NCBI GenBank assembly: GCA_049512315.1
Contig: JBEKXF010000002.1
Span: forward strand, 62,001-126,000
Length of the DNA: 64,000 nucleotides
From: Candidatus Aminicenantales bacterium
Lineage (GTDB): Bacteria; Acidobacteriota; Aminicenantia; Aminicenantales; Saccharicenantaceae
Direction of reading: 5' to 3'
Of the stretch, positions 8,834 to 17,541 are shown piece by piece. The notes beneath the pieces are model-generated. The model saw only the letters and a program-made list of their open reading frames with translations, was not told the origin of the DNA and ran no database searches. The position numbers and the translations under genes were made by a program. Each line of letters opens with the position of its first letter. The stretch's first letter is position 1.

Positions 8834-11644
8834 TCATTGATGCCAGTCATCCTTCAGGATCGAGGCCGTGCCGGACAAGGTCCTGCCGTCCACGGTCAGG
8901 ACAACCCTGTAATCACCCTCCTGGACCGGAAAGCTGGCGTAGTTGATGTCCAGGCCGCCGCCGTAGCCCCTTTCCTGCCTGCGCCGGACCTCGTCCTGCA
9001 TGGCCTTTTTCTCCTCGGAGGTCCGTTCCCTCCGGCCGGTCATATTCCAGACGGCGCTGTTCAACCCGGCGTTGGACGTGCCCTTGATCTCGTTGAGGAG
9101 CATGTTCCCGTTGAAGACCTGGATCTTGACATCGTCTTTGGGCTTGGCCTTGAGATAATAGTTGACGACCATCCCCGGCGGCTCGCTCTGACCGGCGAAG
9201 TTCGAGGAGCTCGAATTGGCCCGGTCGAACCCGACCCAGCGGACCTTGGCCTTGATCGCGAACAGGTGGACGTCTTTGGCCAGGACCTCGGTCGATAGCT
9301 CTTGAAGGGGGGTGATGTCGGCGATGAAGGCGCCGCGGCCGTGGGTCGCGATGATGAGGTCATTCTCGCGCGGCTGGATCTTCAGGTCGTGGACCGGCTG
9401 GGTGGGCATGTTGTTCTTCATCTTGGTCCAGTGCCGTCCGGTGTCGATCGAGACGTAGACGCCGAAATCGGTCCCGGCGAAGAGCAGACGCGGGTTCTTG
9501 ACGTCCTCGCGGACGACGTTGACCGGGCCCTCGGGGAGGTCGCCGGCGGCCGGCGCCCAGGTCTGGCCGTAGTCGGTCGTCCTGTAAATGAACGGCCGGA
9601 AGTCGTCGTTCCGGAAGCCCGAATAGCTCACGTAGGCCGTTCCCGGGTCGGAGTTCGAGGCGGCCACCCGGCTGACCCAGTATCCCGGGTTGCCGGTGAT
9701 CTTGTCGTTGAGCTTGGCCCAGGACTTGCCGTTGTCCCGGGTGACCCAGACGTTCCCGTCGTCCGTCCCCGCCCAGAGGAGCCCCGGGACGAGCGGGGAT
9801 TCGTCGAAGGTCGTGACCGTGCAGTACTGGATGCTCTGGTCGCCGCCCTTGCCGTCCGCCTGCATCTTGCTCTTATCGTTCGTCGTCAGGTCCGGGCTGA
9901 TCTCGGTCCAGCTTTCGCCGCGATTGGTCGACATGACAACGATGTTGCCGCAGTGGTAGATCGTATCGCTGTTGTGGTTCGACACGAGGGCGGGCGAGCA
10001 CCAGTTCCAGCGGAGCTCGGGCTTCTGAGATTGATAGGCGATGTTCTTGGCCTCACCCGTGACCAGGTCGATCCTGGTCAGGGGCCCGAACTGGTATTCG
10101 TTATAAAGGTAGCGGTTGGTTTTCCGGTCGAAGACGTTGTACATGCCGTCCCCGCCGCCGACCGTAGACCAGTCCTCCAGACGGATCGGAGGTCCGCCGG
10201 CGACGCCGCCCGCGGTCCCTTCAAAATCGTACATCCGGCCGCTGCCGCTCCCCCGCTTGTTGCTCGGCCCCATGAGAGAGCCATTGTCCTGGAGTCCCCC
10301 CGCGACGCGGTAGGGGCGGGACATGTCGAAATCGATGGCGTAGAACTGGGCCAGGGCTAGGAAGTCCGGGTGATACCAGTTCTTCCCGCCATCCCATGTG
10401 AGCCCCATGCCGTGGTCATATCCGAGAAGCATGTGACGGGAGTCCTTGGGGTCGATCCAAAGGGCGTGGTTGTCGCCGCCGAACCGGAAAGGCGCGGTCC
10501 AGGTCTTGCCGCCGTCGCGGCTGGCCAGGACGCCGACGCTCAGGATATAGACAATCTTGTCGTCGGCCGGGTCGATGATGATCTGACCATAATAATACCC
10601 AGGATTGCCGCCGATGCTTCTCTTGTCGGGGCTGACCTTCCGCCAGGTGGCGCCGGCGTCGTCGGACCGGTAGATCTCCCCGTCGATCATGCCCTGGCTC
10701 GACTTGCCGTCGAGGATTTCCTGCCAGCGGTCGGCTTCGGACATCCCGGGCTTGTTGCCGTTCTCGATCATGGCATAGAGGACGCTCGGATCCTTGGCAT
10801 AAATGGCCAACCCGATCCGGCCAAGGATCCCCCCGGGAAGCCCGCCGACCAGTTTTGTCCAGGTCTTACCCGCGTCGACGGTCTTGTAGATGCCGGACCC
10901 GAGGCCGCCGACCTGGTAGGTCCACGGCTTGCGCAGCCTGTCATAAGACGAGGCATAGAGTGTGTCCGGATTGACGGCGTCCATGACCAGGTCGACGCAG
11001 CCAATCGGCCGCCCCCGCTCAACGATATCGAGGGATTTCGTCCAGGTCTTCCCCCCGTCGATCGTCTTGAACACGCCCCGCTCGGGATTTTCCGTGTATA
11101 GGTGGCCGAGCGCCGCAACGTAGACGATGTCGGGGTTCGCGGGGTGGACGACGATCCGGCCGATGTGATGCGTTTCCTTCAGCCCCATGTTCGTCCAGGT
11201 CTTCCCCGCGTCCGTGGATTTGTAGACTCCGTCGCCCCAGTAGGTCGAGCGGGAGTTGTTGGCCTCCCCGGTTCCCACCCAGAGGATATCGGGATCGGAC
11301 GGCGCCACGGCGATGTCGCCGATCGAACAGACTTTCTCGTCATCGAAGATGGACTCGAAGGTCTGGCCGTTGTTCATGGTCTTCCAGAGCCCGCCCGAGC
11401 CCGTGGCCGCGTAGAATGTATTCGGCTGCCCCGCCGGGACCGCGAAATCGACAAAACGGCCGCTCTGGCGGGTGGGCCCGATGGCGCGGTAGGAGACGCT
11501 TTTCAGGACCTCGCCGACCGGGACGGGGGGCGCGGCCGGCCCCTTCCTTTTCTCCGGGGCCTGGCCCTGGGCGAACGGCCCGGCCGGACCCAGAGCGAGA
11601 GAGGCGGCTATCAATAATGCGAACGAACCTTTGCGGATAAACAT
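8834..11644 (-). CDS. Exported VPS10/BNR-repeat beta-propeller protein (glycosyl hydrolase-like)
   Basis: Signal peptide after MFIRK (AAGGAGG RBS); many S/T-x-D-x-G-x-T/S-W Asp-boxes; IGP..SGR, GGLQDNG, ATHGRG motifs. Confidence 0.85.
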   Translation of the reverse strand: MFIRKGSFALLIAASLALGPAGPFAQGQAPEKRKGPAAPPVPVGEVLKSVSYRAIGPTRQSGRFVDFAVPAGQPNTFYAATGSGGLWKTMNNGQTFESIFDDEKVCSIGDIAVAPSDPDILWVGTGEANNSRSTYWGDGVYKSTDAGKTWTNMGLKETHHIGRIVVHPANPDIVYVAALGHLYTENPERGVFKTIDGGKTWTKSLDIVERGRPIGCVDLVMDAVNPDTLYASSYDRLRKPWTYQVGGLGSGIYKTVDAGKTWTKLVGGLPGGILGRIGLAIYAKDPSVLYAMIENGNKPGMSEADRWQEILDGKSSQGMIDGEIYRSDDAGATWRKVSPDKRSIGGNPGYYYGQIIIDPADDKIVYILSVGVLASRDGGKTWTAPFRFGGDNHALWIDPKDSRHMLLGYDHGMGLTWDGGKNWYHPDFLALAQFYAIDFDMSRPYRVAGGLQDNGSLMGPSNKRGSGSGRMYDFEGTAGGVAGGPPIRLEDWSTVGGGDGMYNVFDRKTNRYLYNEYQFGPLTRIDLVTGEAKNIAYQSQKPELRWNWCSPALVSNHNSDTIYHCGNIVVMSTNRGESWTEISPDLTTNDKSKMQADGKGGDQSIQYCTVTTFDESPLVPGLLWAGTDDGNVWVTRDNGKSWAKLNDKITGNPGYWVSRVAASNSDPGTAYVSYSGFRNDDFRPFIYRTTDYGQTWAPAAGDLPEGPVNVVREDVKNPRLLFAGTDFGVYVSIDTGRHWTKMKNNMPTQPVHDLKIQPRENDLIIATHGRGAFIADITPLQELSTEVLAKDVHLFAIKAKVRWVGFDRANSSSSNFAGQSEPPGMVVNYYLKAKPKDDVKIQVFNGNMLLNEIKGTSNAGLNSAVWNMTGRRERTSEEKKAMQDEVRRRQERGYGGGLDINYASFPVQEGDYRVVLTVDGRTLSGTASILKDDWHQ

Positions 11645-11678
11645 GGTTCCTCCTTCATCCGGGATAAGGGGATTGCGG

Positions 11679-12797
11679 TCAGCCGCTGATCCTATAATGG
11701 ACATTCCTCTCCCCGAGCTGGTCCATGACGAACCGGAAATTGCCCTCTTCGAGACCAATGTGCTCAGGAGGGCAAATGCCTTTGCGGGAAAGCTTCCCCT
11801 CGAGGACGAGACGGGCCGCGGCCGTGGCTGTAAAGCCGGTCGTCCGGGCCATGGACGAGAAGCCCGTCGTCCTGTCCTTTCGGTCAAACAGGTTGTATTG
11901 ATAGGTCCGACGGCGGCCCTCCTCTTCCCCCTCGATGAGGATCCGCATCGCCGTGAACTCGTCATCCTCTTCATGGAGATGCCACCCTTTGAACAGGATG
12001 GCCGAGGTGAATTCGATGGGCTTCATCTTCCGGCCCCGGACCTCAATTTCCTCCTGACTGAAAAAACCGCTGTCGCGGAGGGCCTTGATGTGATCCAGGT
12101 GACCCGGGTAGCGGAGGGTTTTCTCGATCATGTTCGGGACCCTCATCGTTTTGAGGAGCGACCGGAGGCCGTCCGAATTGAACGCCTCGAGAGTGCCGAC
12201 TTCCGGGAAGTCCAGGAACTCGGCGTCCGAGAGGGCCGGGCGGACGACGACGTGCCCGTTCTCGACATAGCGAGCAGGGCGGACGTACTCCTCGATGACG
12301 TCGGCCGGGGAAAAGGGGGCCTTGTACTCGAACGGGAAGTCCCGCTTGAACGGCAGGCCGCCGACGTAGCATTTGAAATGGCTGACGGCCATCCGGGCGG
12401 CATGATAGCCCAGGATCATATTGCTCATGCCCGGGGCGACCCCGCAATCCACCACGGCCGTCACCCCGTTCGCCTGCGCGCGATCGTTCAGGAGGAAGGC
12501 GTCCTCGGCAAAAAAGGAGATGTCGACGACGTTCTTGCCCGCCTCGATCACCGACCCCAGGGTATCGAATCCCATGAAGCCGGGGACCGCCCCGATGACC
12601 AGGTCGAAATCGCGGACGAGACTCCGGACGGCCCGGCCGTCGGCCAGGTCCGCGGTCAGCTTCTTGACCGGGGCGCCGCCCAGCTTATCCAGGCTTCTCC
12701 GGTCGACGTCGACCGCGGTCACGTCGAAATCCCCAGCCAGGTCCGCAGCCATGACGCGGCCGACCATGCCTGAGCCGAGAACGATGATCTTCCTCAT
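11679..12797 (-). CDS. Saccharopine dehydrogenase / lysine 6-dehydrogenase family protein
   Basis: LGSGMVG Rossmann motif, VDISF, DCGVAPG, VGGLP, EKTLRYPGH, MARTTG; AAGGAGG RBS. Confidence 0.88.
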   Translation of the reverse strand: MRKIIVLGSGMVGRVMAADLAGDFDVTAVDVDRRSLDKLGGAPVKKLTADLADGRAVRSLVRDFDLVIGAVPGFMGFDTLGSVIEAGKNVVDISFFAEDAFLLNDRAQANGVTAVVDCGVAPGMSNMILGYHAARMAVSHFKCYVGGLPFKRDFPFEYKAPFSPADVIEEYVRPARYVENGHVVVRPALSDAEFLDFPEVGTLEAFNSDGLRSLLKTMRVPNMIEKTLRYPGHLDHIKALRDSGFFSQEEIEVRGRKMKPIEFTSAILFKGWHLHEEDDEFTAMRILIEGEEEGRRRTYQYNLFDRKDRTTGFSSMARTTGFTATAAARLVLEGKLSRKGICPPEHIGLEEGNFRFVMDQLGERNVHYRISG

Positions 12798-12914
12798 GAG
12801 GGCCTCCTTGTGACGGGTCTTTTCCATCCGAACTGCTGTCCGCCGGTCGGGTTGGCTCATTAATATAGACCAGGAGGAGTCCCCTTTTCAACACCGAAGA
12901 CAAATCGTTCGGCG

Positions 12915-13073
12915 TCAGGCCCCGGGCTCATCGACGGCTTCACAAAGGGCCAATACGTTTCCCCGCGGCGTCTGCGGGGCAATCGAGCAGGCGGTGCTCA
13001 GGATATAGCCGCCTCCCGGCCGTCCGATCGCGACCCGCCGCCGCGCGTCTTCCCGGATCCCCTCGGGACGGCC
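12915..13073 (-). pseudogene. C-terminal remnant of a uroporphyrinogen decarboxylase (MtaA/CmuA-like) family gene
   Basis: GRPEGIREDARRRVAIGRPGGGYILSTACSIAPQTPRGNVLAL matches the last beta/alpha unit of URO-D-fold proteins; there is no room upstream for the rest of the gene. Confidence 0.6.
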
Positions 13074-13155
13074 TCGGGCCCGGGGTCTCGTGTTTACTTT
13101 TCGGTATCGGGCTTGTATGATTGGGGACTTAAGAATCGAGAGCCAGGGATTAATC

Positions 13156-14328
13156 ATGATCGGCGGCCCCTATCACGCATCTCTTCGCCGTCCTTCCGGA
13201 ACCTTTTCCTGGATTCTCGTCCGTTCGGCCATTTGCATCCTCGTTCTGCTCACGACCGGAGTCGCCGCAGCCCAGACCGCTCCGCCACAGGAGACGGAAA
13301 AAAAAGAGGCGAAAGCGGACCGGACGTTCAAGCCGCACCTCCTCCTCCTCCCTGTCATCTCTTACTCGCCCGAGACAAGGCTCGCGCTCGGAGCGGGCGG
13401 CATCCTGTACTACCGCCTTGGCCAGGAGAAGGGAAAAACCCGTCCGTCCTCGCTCGGGCTCCTCATGGTCTACACCATGAACAACCAGATCCGGCTCCAG
13501 CTCAAGCCGGAAATCTATCTTACGAAGAACGCGTACAGGCTGAACGCCACCCTGAGATTCGAACGGTTTCCCGGGAAATTCTTCGGAATCGGGGACGACG
13601 TTCCGGCCAGCGCTGCGGAAGACTACACTCCCCAAACAATCGGCCTCCAGCTCTCCGTCAAGAGGAAGATCCTCGGCAGTGTCTTTGCAGGGGTCCAGTA
13701 CACGTTCGAGAAAACATCGATCCGGAAAGTCACGCCGGGCGGGCTGCTCGAACAGGGCACCATCCCCGGAAGCACGGGCGGCGTCATCTCCGGCCTGGGC
13801 CTCAGCGTCAACTGGGACAACAGGGACAACATTTTTTTCCCCCGCCGGGGCAGCTATCTCCAGTTCTCGGCCGATTTTTTTAACCCCGCTTTCGGCAGCG
13901 ATTACCACTTCTCGACGACGAGCCTGGACCTTCGGACATATGTCCCGGTTTTCTCGACCCACGTCATGGCCTTTCAGTTCTTGACGAGGGACATCGGCGG
14001 AAGCCCGCCATTTTACGAGCTGGCCACGCTTGGAGGAGCGTCGATATTGCGGGGGAACTTCAGCGGCCAATACCGGGACAAGGCGCTCCTGGCCGTCCAG
14101 GCGGAATACAGGCTGCCCGTCTGGAGGCGTTTCGGCGCGGCCGCATTCGTCGGCCTGGGAAATGTCGGCCCGGCGCTCCGGGATATCAACCTCAGCCGTC
14201 TCAAGTACTCGCTGGGAGGCGGAATCAGGTATCGGCTCGATTCGAAGGAGGGCACGAACCTCCGACTGGACTTCGCCTGGGGCAAGGCCCGCGCCGGCTT
14301 TTACGCGACGGTCCAGGAAGCGTTCTGA
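13156..14328 (+). CDS. Omp85/BamA-TamA family outer-membrane barrel without POTRA domains (start uncertain)
   Basis: LPVISYSPET, DNRDN.FFPRRG, LGG..LRG, GGGIRY, LRLDFAWG, C-terminal Phe. Confidence 0.85.
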   Translation: MIGGPYHASLRRPSGTFSWILVRSAICILVLLTTGVAAAQTAPPQETEKKEAKADRTFKPHLLLLPVISYSPETRLALGAGGILYYRLGQEKGKTRPSSLGLLMVYTMNNQIRLQLKPEIYLTKNAYRLNATLRFERFPGKFFGIGDDVPASAAEDYTPQTIGLQLSVKRKILGSVFAGVQYTFEKTSIRKVTPGGLLEQGTIPGSTGGVISGLGLSVNWDNRDNIFFPRRGSYLQFSADFFNPAFGSDYHFSTTSLDLRTYVPVFSTHVMAFQFLTRDIGGSPPFYELATLGGASILRGNFSGQYRDKALLAVQAEYRLPVWRRFGAAAFVGLGNVGPALRDINLSRLKYSLGGGIRYRLDSKEGTNLRLDFAWGKARAGFYATVQEAF

Positions 14329-14340
14329 GCCCGCTCCTCC

Positions 14341-16881
14341 CTACTGCTTCCGGACGACCTTCAGCGTTTTGATCTCGTAGGGGCCCATCGGCACGACGAC
14401 CCCGTTATCCTGCCCGGAAGACATCCCCAGGGTCGCTCCTTTGACCGGCCTTTCGATGAGGTCCGTTTCCTCGACCTGGACCGGCCAGGGGAAGGAGATC
14501 CTGGCGTCGCACTTCTGCCCGAAGGCCTCGTACAGCCGGACGATGATGTTTCGGCTGTTATAGCCGGATTCCATTTTCAGGGTCGAGAGGACGACCCCGG
14601 CGGGGGAAGCCTGGACGAACGACCGCTCGGGGGGCTGCGTCCCCTTGTGTGACATCGCGGTCCTCACGATGAGGGCGTTGTTGAGTTCGTATCCGCGACG
14701 GATGGTATCGGCCTCTTTCCATGTGCCCGCGTGAGGATAAAGGGAATAGAGGAGCTCGTGGCGACCCCGGTCGGCCTCGGGATCCGGAGACGTGGCGCCA
14801 TGGACGATGGACATTCGGAGCGTCGTCCCCTTGACGTCGAATCCGTACTTGCAGTCGTTGAGAAGGCTCAGCCCCGCCCCGGAGACGGGGTCCGAAACAT
14901 CGACCCAGCGCAGGGCGGGGACCTCCGCGCCGTCCGAGGGGCGAGTGACGGACCCGAAGGGGATCTCGAATTCCGCCTGACCGGACTTGAGGTTCAGGGG
15001 AAAGGCCGTCTTGATCATCAGGTTCCGCTCCTGCCAGTCCAGCCTCATCCGGCAGTCGATCCTGGCCATCCCGGCCGCGAGGATCAAGTCCTGCTCGAAG
15101 ACCGAGTCATGGAAAGGCGTCATGATCCGCAGGACCCCCCTCACCGGGCCGGATTCGACGACACGCGCGGTGGCCCCCGAGGCCCCTATGCTCACGGGTT
15201 CGCCCTTGAGGGCCAATTCCCAGGCGGACATGGATTCCGGCTCATCGGGGATGGATTGGAGAACATTTCCGGGTCCCGAAAGGACTTCCCTTCTGGCTCG
15301 TTTGTCGTACAGGCTCTTGATCGAGCCCGTTTTCTCGTCCATCTCCATCCGGAAGAATTCGTTCTCGAGCCCATGGACAGACATGCGGAGGCCGGTCCGG
15401 ACCGGCTTCCCCCGCTTGTCGGTCGACACGGCCCTATAGATCCGGTATCCGAACGACGGCACGTCTTCCGCGAGGAAGATCAGCCGGAAGCGGGTTTGGT
15501 TCTCGCCGACTGTCCTCTCCAGGACCTGGACGGGGACCTCTTCACCCCGGGTGTTCAGGATTTTCAGCGAAAGTGGAGAGAACGGCATGACGACCTCGGC
15601 CGTCACGGGCTCCGTCCGCGCCCAGAAGAGCGGGTTGAAGATGGCGACCGGGACCCCCTCTCCCCTCGTGTCCGCCATGCTCAGGATGGTTTCGAGGGAA
15701 AAATCCAGGGCCCGCTGACCCCGTGCCAGGGCCTCTCGATAGAATCGTCCCGTCTCCTCATAAACGGGCCCGATGCTCGACCCGTCGAGAATATCGTGGA
15801 ACTGGTTCCGGAGGGCCGTCTTCCAGGCTTCGTCGATGTCCCGCTCGGGATAATAATCCCGGAAGCCGGACGCCACCGCCAGGGCCGAGAAACGCTCGGC
15901 CTGGAGGAGAAGACTCTCGGCGGTCCTGTTCCATTTCTTGGTCGCCGCCTGAGTCGTATAACAGGCTGGGAACGTGAAATTGAGCTCTTTCCGAACGACG
16001 GGAAAATCTACGCCCGAGGTTTCGATCTTCTTGAAAAAGCTTTCGGGATTGTCAAAGAGCATTTTCGGATGGCCCGGGTCGTCCTTGAATTTCTCGATGG
16101 CCGCCACATCGGAATCCCGCGGGCCCCCGCCATGGTCTCCCTCGCCGTAAAGGATCAGGAAGTCCTTGAGGGGCGTTTGAGTGGAAGCGTCCTTGAGGAC
16201 GTCGTTGAGACCGTTGCTCAAGTTGACGAGGTACCACCCCTGGGGAACGTGGGCGAGAAGGCGCGAGCCGTCTTTCCCCTCCCACCAAAAGAAAGGCGTT
16301 TTTTCTGGGGCGCACCGCTCGAAGACATAATAACGGATCCCCGCCTTGCTCAGGATCTGGGGGAGCTGCCAGTTGTGGCCGAATGCGTCGGGGTTCCAGC
16401 CGACCGTGACGTCCACCCCGAACCTGTCCAGAAAATAGCGCTTGCCGTAGAGGAGCTGACGGGCCAGCGCTTCCCCGTCGGGCATGTTGAGGTCGGGCTC
16501 GACCCACATCCCGCCCACCGGGATCCAGGTTCCTTCGCGGACCTTGCGCCGGATCTCGTCGAAGAGGCCGGGGTAGCCTTTCTCCATGGCCTCATAGACG
16601 GCCGCCTGGCTCTGGGCAAAGGTCAGACCCGGCATTTTCGCCATCTGGGCCAGGGTGCCCTTGAACGTCTGGACCGCGATGTCGTTGACGGTTTCCTCCC
16701 ACCGCCAGAGCCAGCTCAGGTCGATGTGGGCATGACCGACGAGGTGGGCGGTGTAGCTGCGCGCGTTCGGGAGGGCCGCCGGCTGGGTCTTGTCGGGCTG
16801 CTGACCCGAGAGGACCGCCCCCCCGATTGAAAAGACCGCGATCAGACACATAAAAAATCTCAGCCTTTGTCTTGCGTTCAT
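14341..16881 (-). CDS. Alpha-mannosidase, GH38 (exported)
   Basis: GHAHIDLSWLW, GGMWVEPD, WNPDAFGH nucleophile motif, GEGDHGGGP, NQFHDILDGS. Confidence 0.93.
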   Translation of the reverse strand: MNARQRLRFFMCLIAVFSIGGAVLSGQQPDKTQPAALPNARSYTAHLVGHAHIDLSWLWRWEETVNDIAVQTFKGTLAQMAKMPGLTFAQSQAAVYEAMEKGYPGLFDEIRRKVREGTWIPVGGMWVEPDLNMPDGEALARQLLYGKRYFLDRFGVDVTVGWNPDAFGHNWQLPQILSKAGIRYYVFERCAPEKTPFFWWEGKDGSRLLAHVPQGWYLVNLSNGLNDVLKDASTQTPLKDFLILYGEGDHGGGPRDSDVAAIEKFKDDPGHPKMLFDNPESFFKKIETSGVDFPVVRKELNFTFPACYTTQAATKKWNRTAESLLLQAERFSALAVASGFRDYYPERDIDEAWKTALRNQFHDILDGSSIGPVYEETGRFYREALARGQRALDFSLETILSMADTRGEGVPVAIFNPLFWARTEPVTAEVVMPFSPLSLKILNTRGEEVPVQVLERTVGENQTRFRLIFLAEDVPSFGYRIYRAVSTDKRGKPVRTGLRMSVHGLENEFFRMEMDEKTGSIKSLYDKRARREVLSGPGNVLQSIPDEPESMSAWELALKGEPVSIGASGATARVVESGPVRGVLRIMTPFHDSVFEQDLILAAGMARIDCRMRLDWQERNLMIKTAFPLNLKSGQAEFEIPFGSVTRPSDGAEVPALRWVDVSDPVSGAGLSLLNDCKYGFDVKGTTLRMSIVHGATSPDPEADRGRHELLYSLYPHAGTWKEADTIRRGYELNNALIVRTAMSHKGTQPPERSFVQASPAGVVLSTLKMESGYNSRNIIVRLYEAFGQKCDARISFPWPVQVEETDLIERPVKGATLGMSSGQDNGVVVPMGPYEIKTLKVVRKQ

Positions 16882-17046
16882 GATCGTTGAATCCCTTCCC
16901 TGAGAATAAACTTCACCCCGGGCGTGACTTTCTTTCCGGCGAAGGCCGCGACGGAGATGATTGCGCTTCTCCGAGAGCCCCGGACGGCTCCCGTCCTTCT
17001 CCGCCGAGAAACCTCGGATTCCCTTTGGCCGGGCAGGGACGTCCGC

Positions 17047-17499
17047 TTACTTACGCAGCTCCGAAGTGCAATTCGGGCAGCGGACCGCCTTGATCGGGAT
17101 CATGGTGAAGCAGAACGGGCATTCCTTGGTCGTCGGCTCTGCGGGAACGGGCTCGGCTTTCCTCTTCATCTTATTCATGCTCTGGATCGCCAGGAACAGG
17201 GCGAAGGCGACGATCAGGAAGCTGATGATCTTGTTGATGAACAGGCCGTAATTGAGAGTGACCGCGCCGGCCTGCTGGGCCGCCGCGAGCGACGCGTACG
17301 GGCCGGCGACCTTCCCGGCCGTCAGCACGACGTATAGGTTGGAGAAGTCCACGTGCCCGAGGAGCAGCCCGATCGGCGGCATCAGGACGTCGGAGACGAA
17401 CGACGAGATGATGGCGCCGAAAGCCACGCCGATGATAATGCCCACGGCCATGTCCAGGACGGACCCGTGCAGCGCGAACTCCTTGAACTCTTTGATCAT
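17047..17499 (-). CDS. mscL: Large-conductance mechanosensitive channel with C-terminal CxxC-CxxC motif
   Basis: [33 protein letters not shown]; tail CPFC...CPNC. Confidence 0.95.
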   Translation of the reverse strand: MIKEFKEFALHGSVLDMAVGIIIGVAFGAIISSFVSDVLMPPIGLLLGHVDFSNLYVVLTAGKVAGPYASLAAAQQAGAVTLNYGLFINKIISFLIVAFALFLAIQSMNKMKRKAEPVPAEPTTKECPFCFTMIPIKAVRCPNCTSELRK

Positions 17500-17541
17500 G
17501 ATGACCTCCTTCTGATAATTGTGACGGGAGATCCCGTCCGC

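Noticed and set aside
16882..17046. Structured RNA between mscL and the GH38 gene
   Set aside because: Only short GC-rich stems expected by chance, and no recognisable motif
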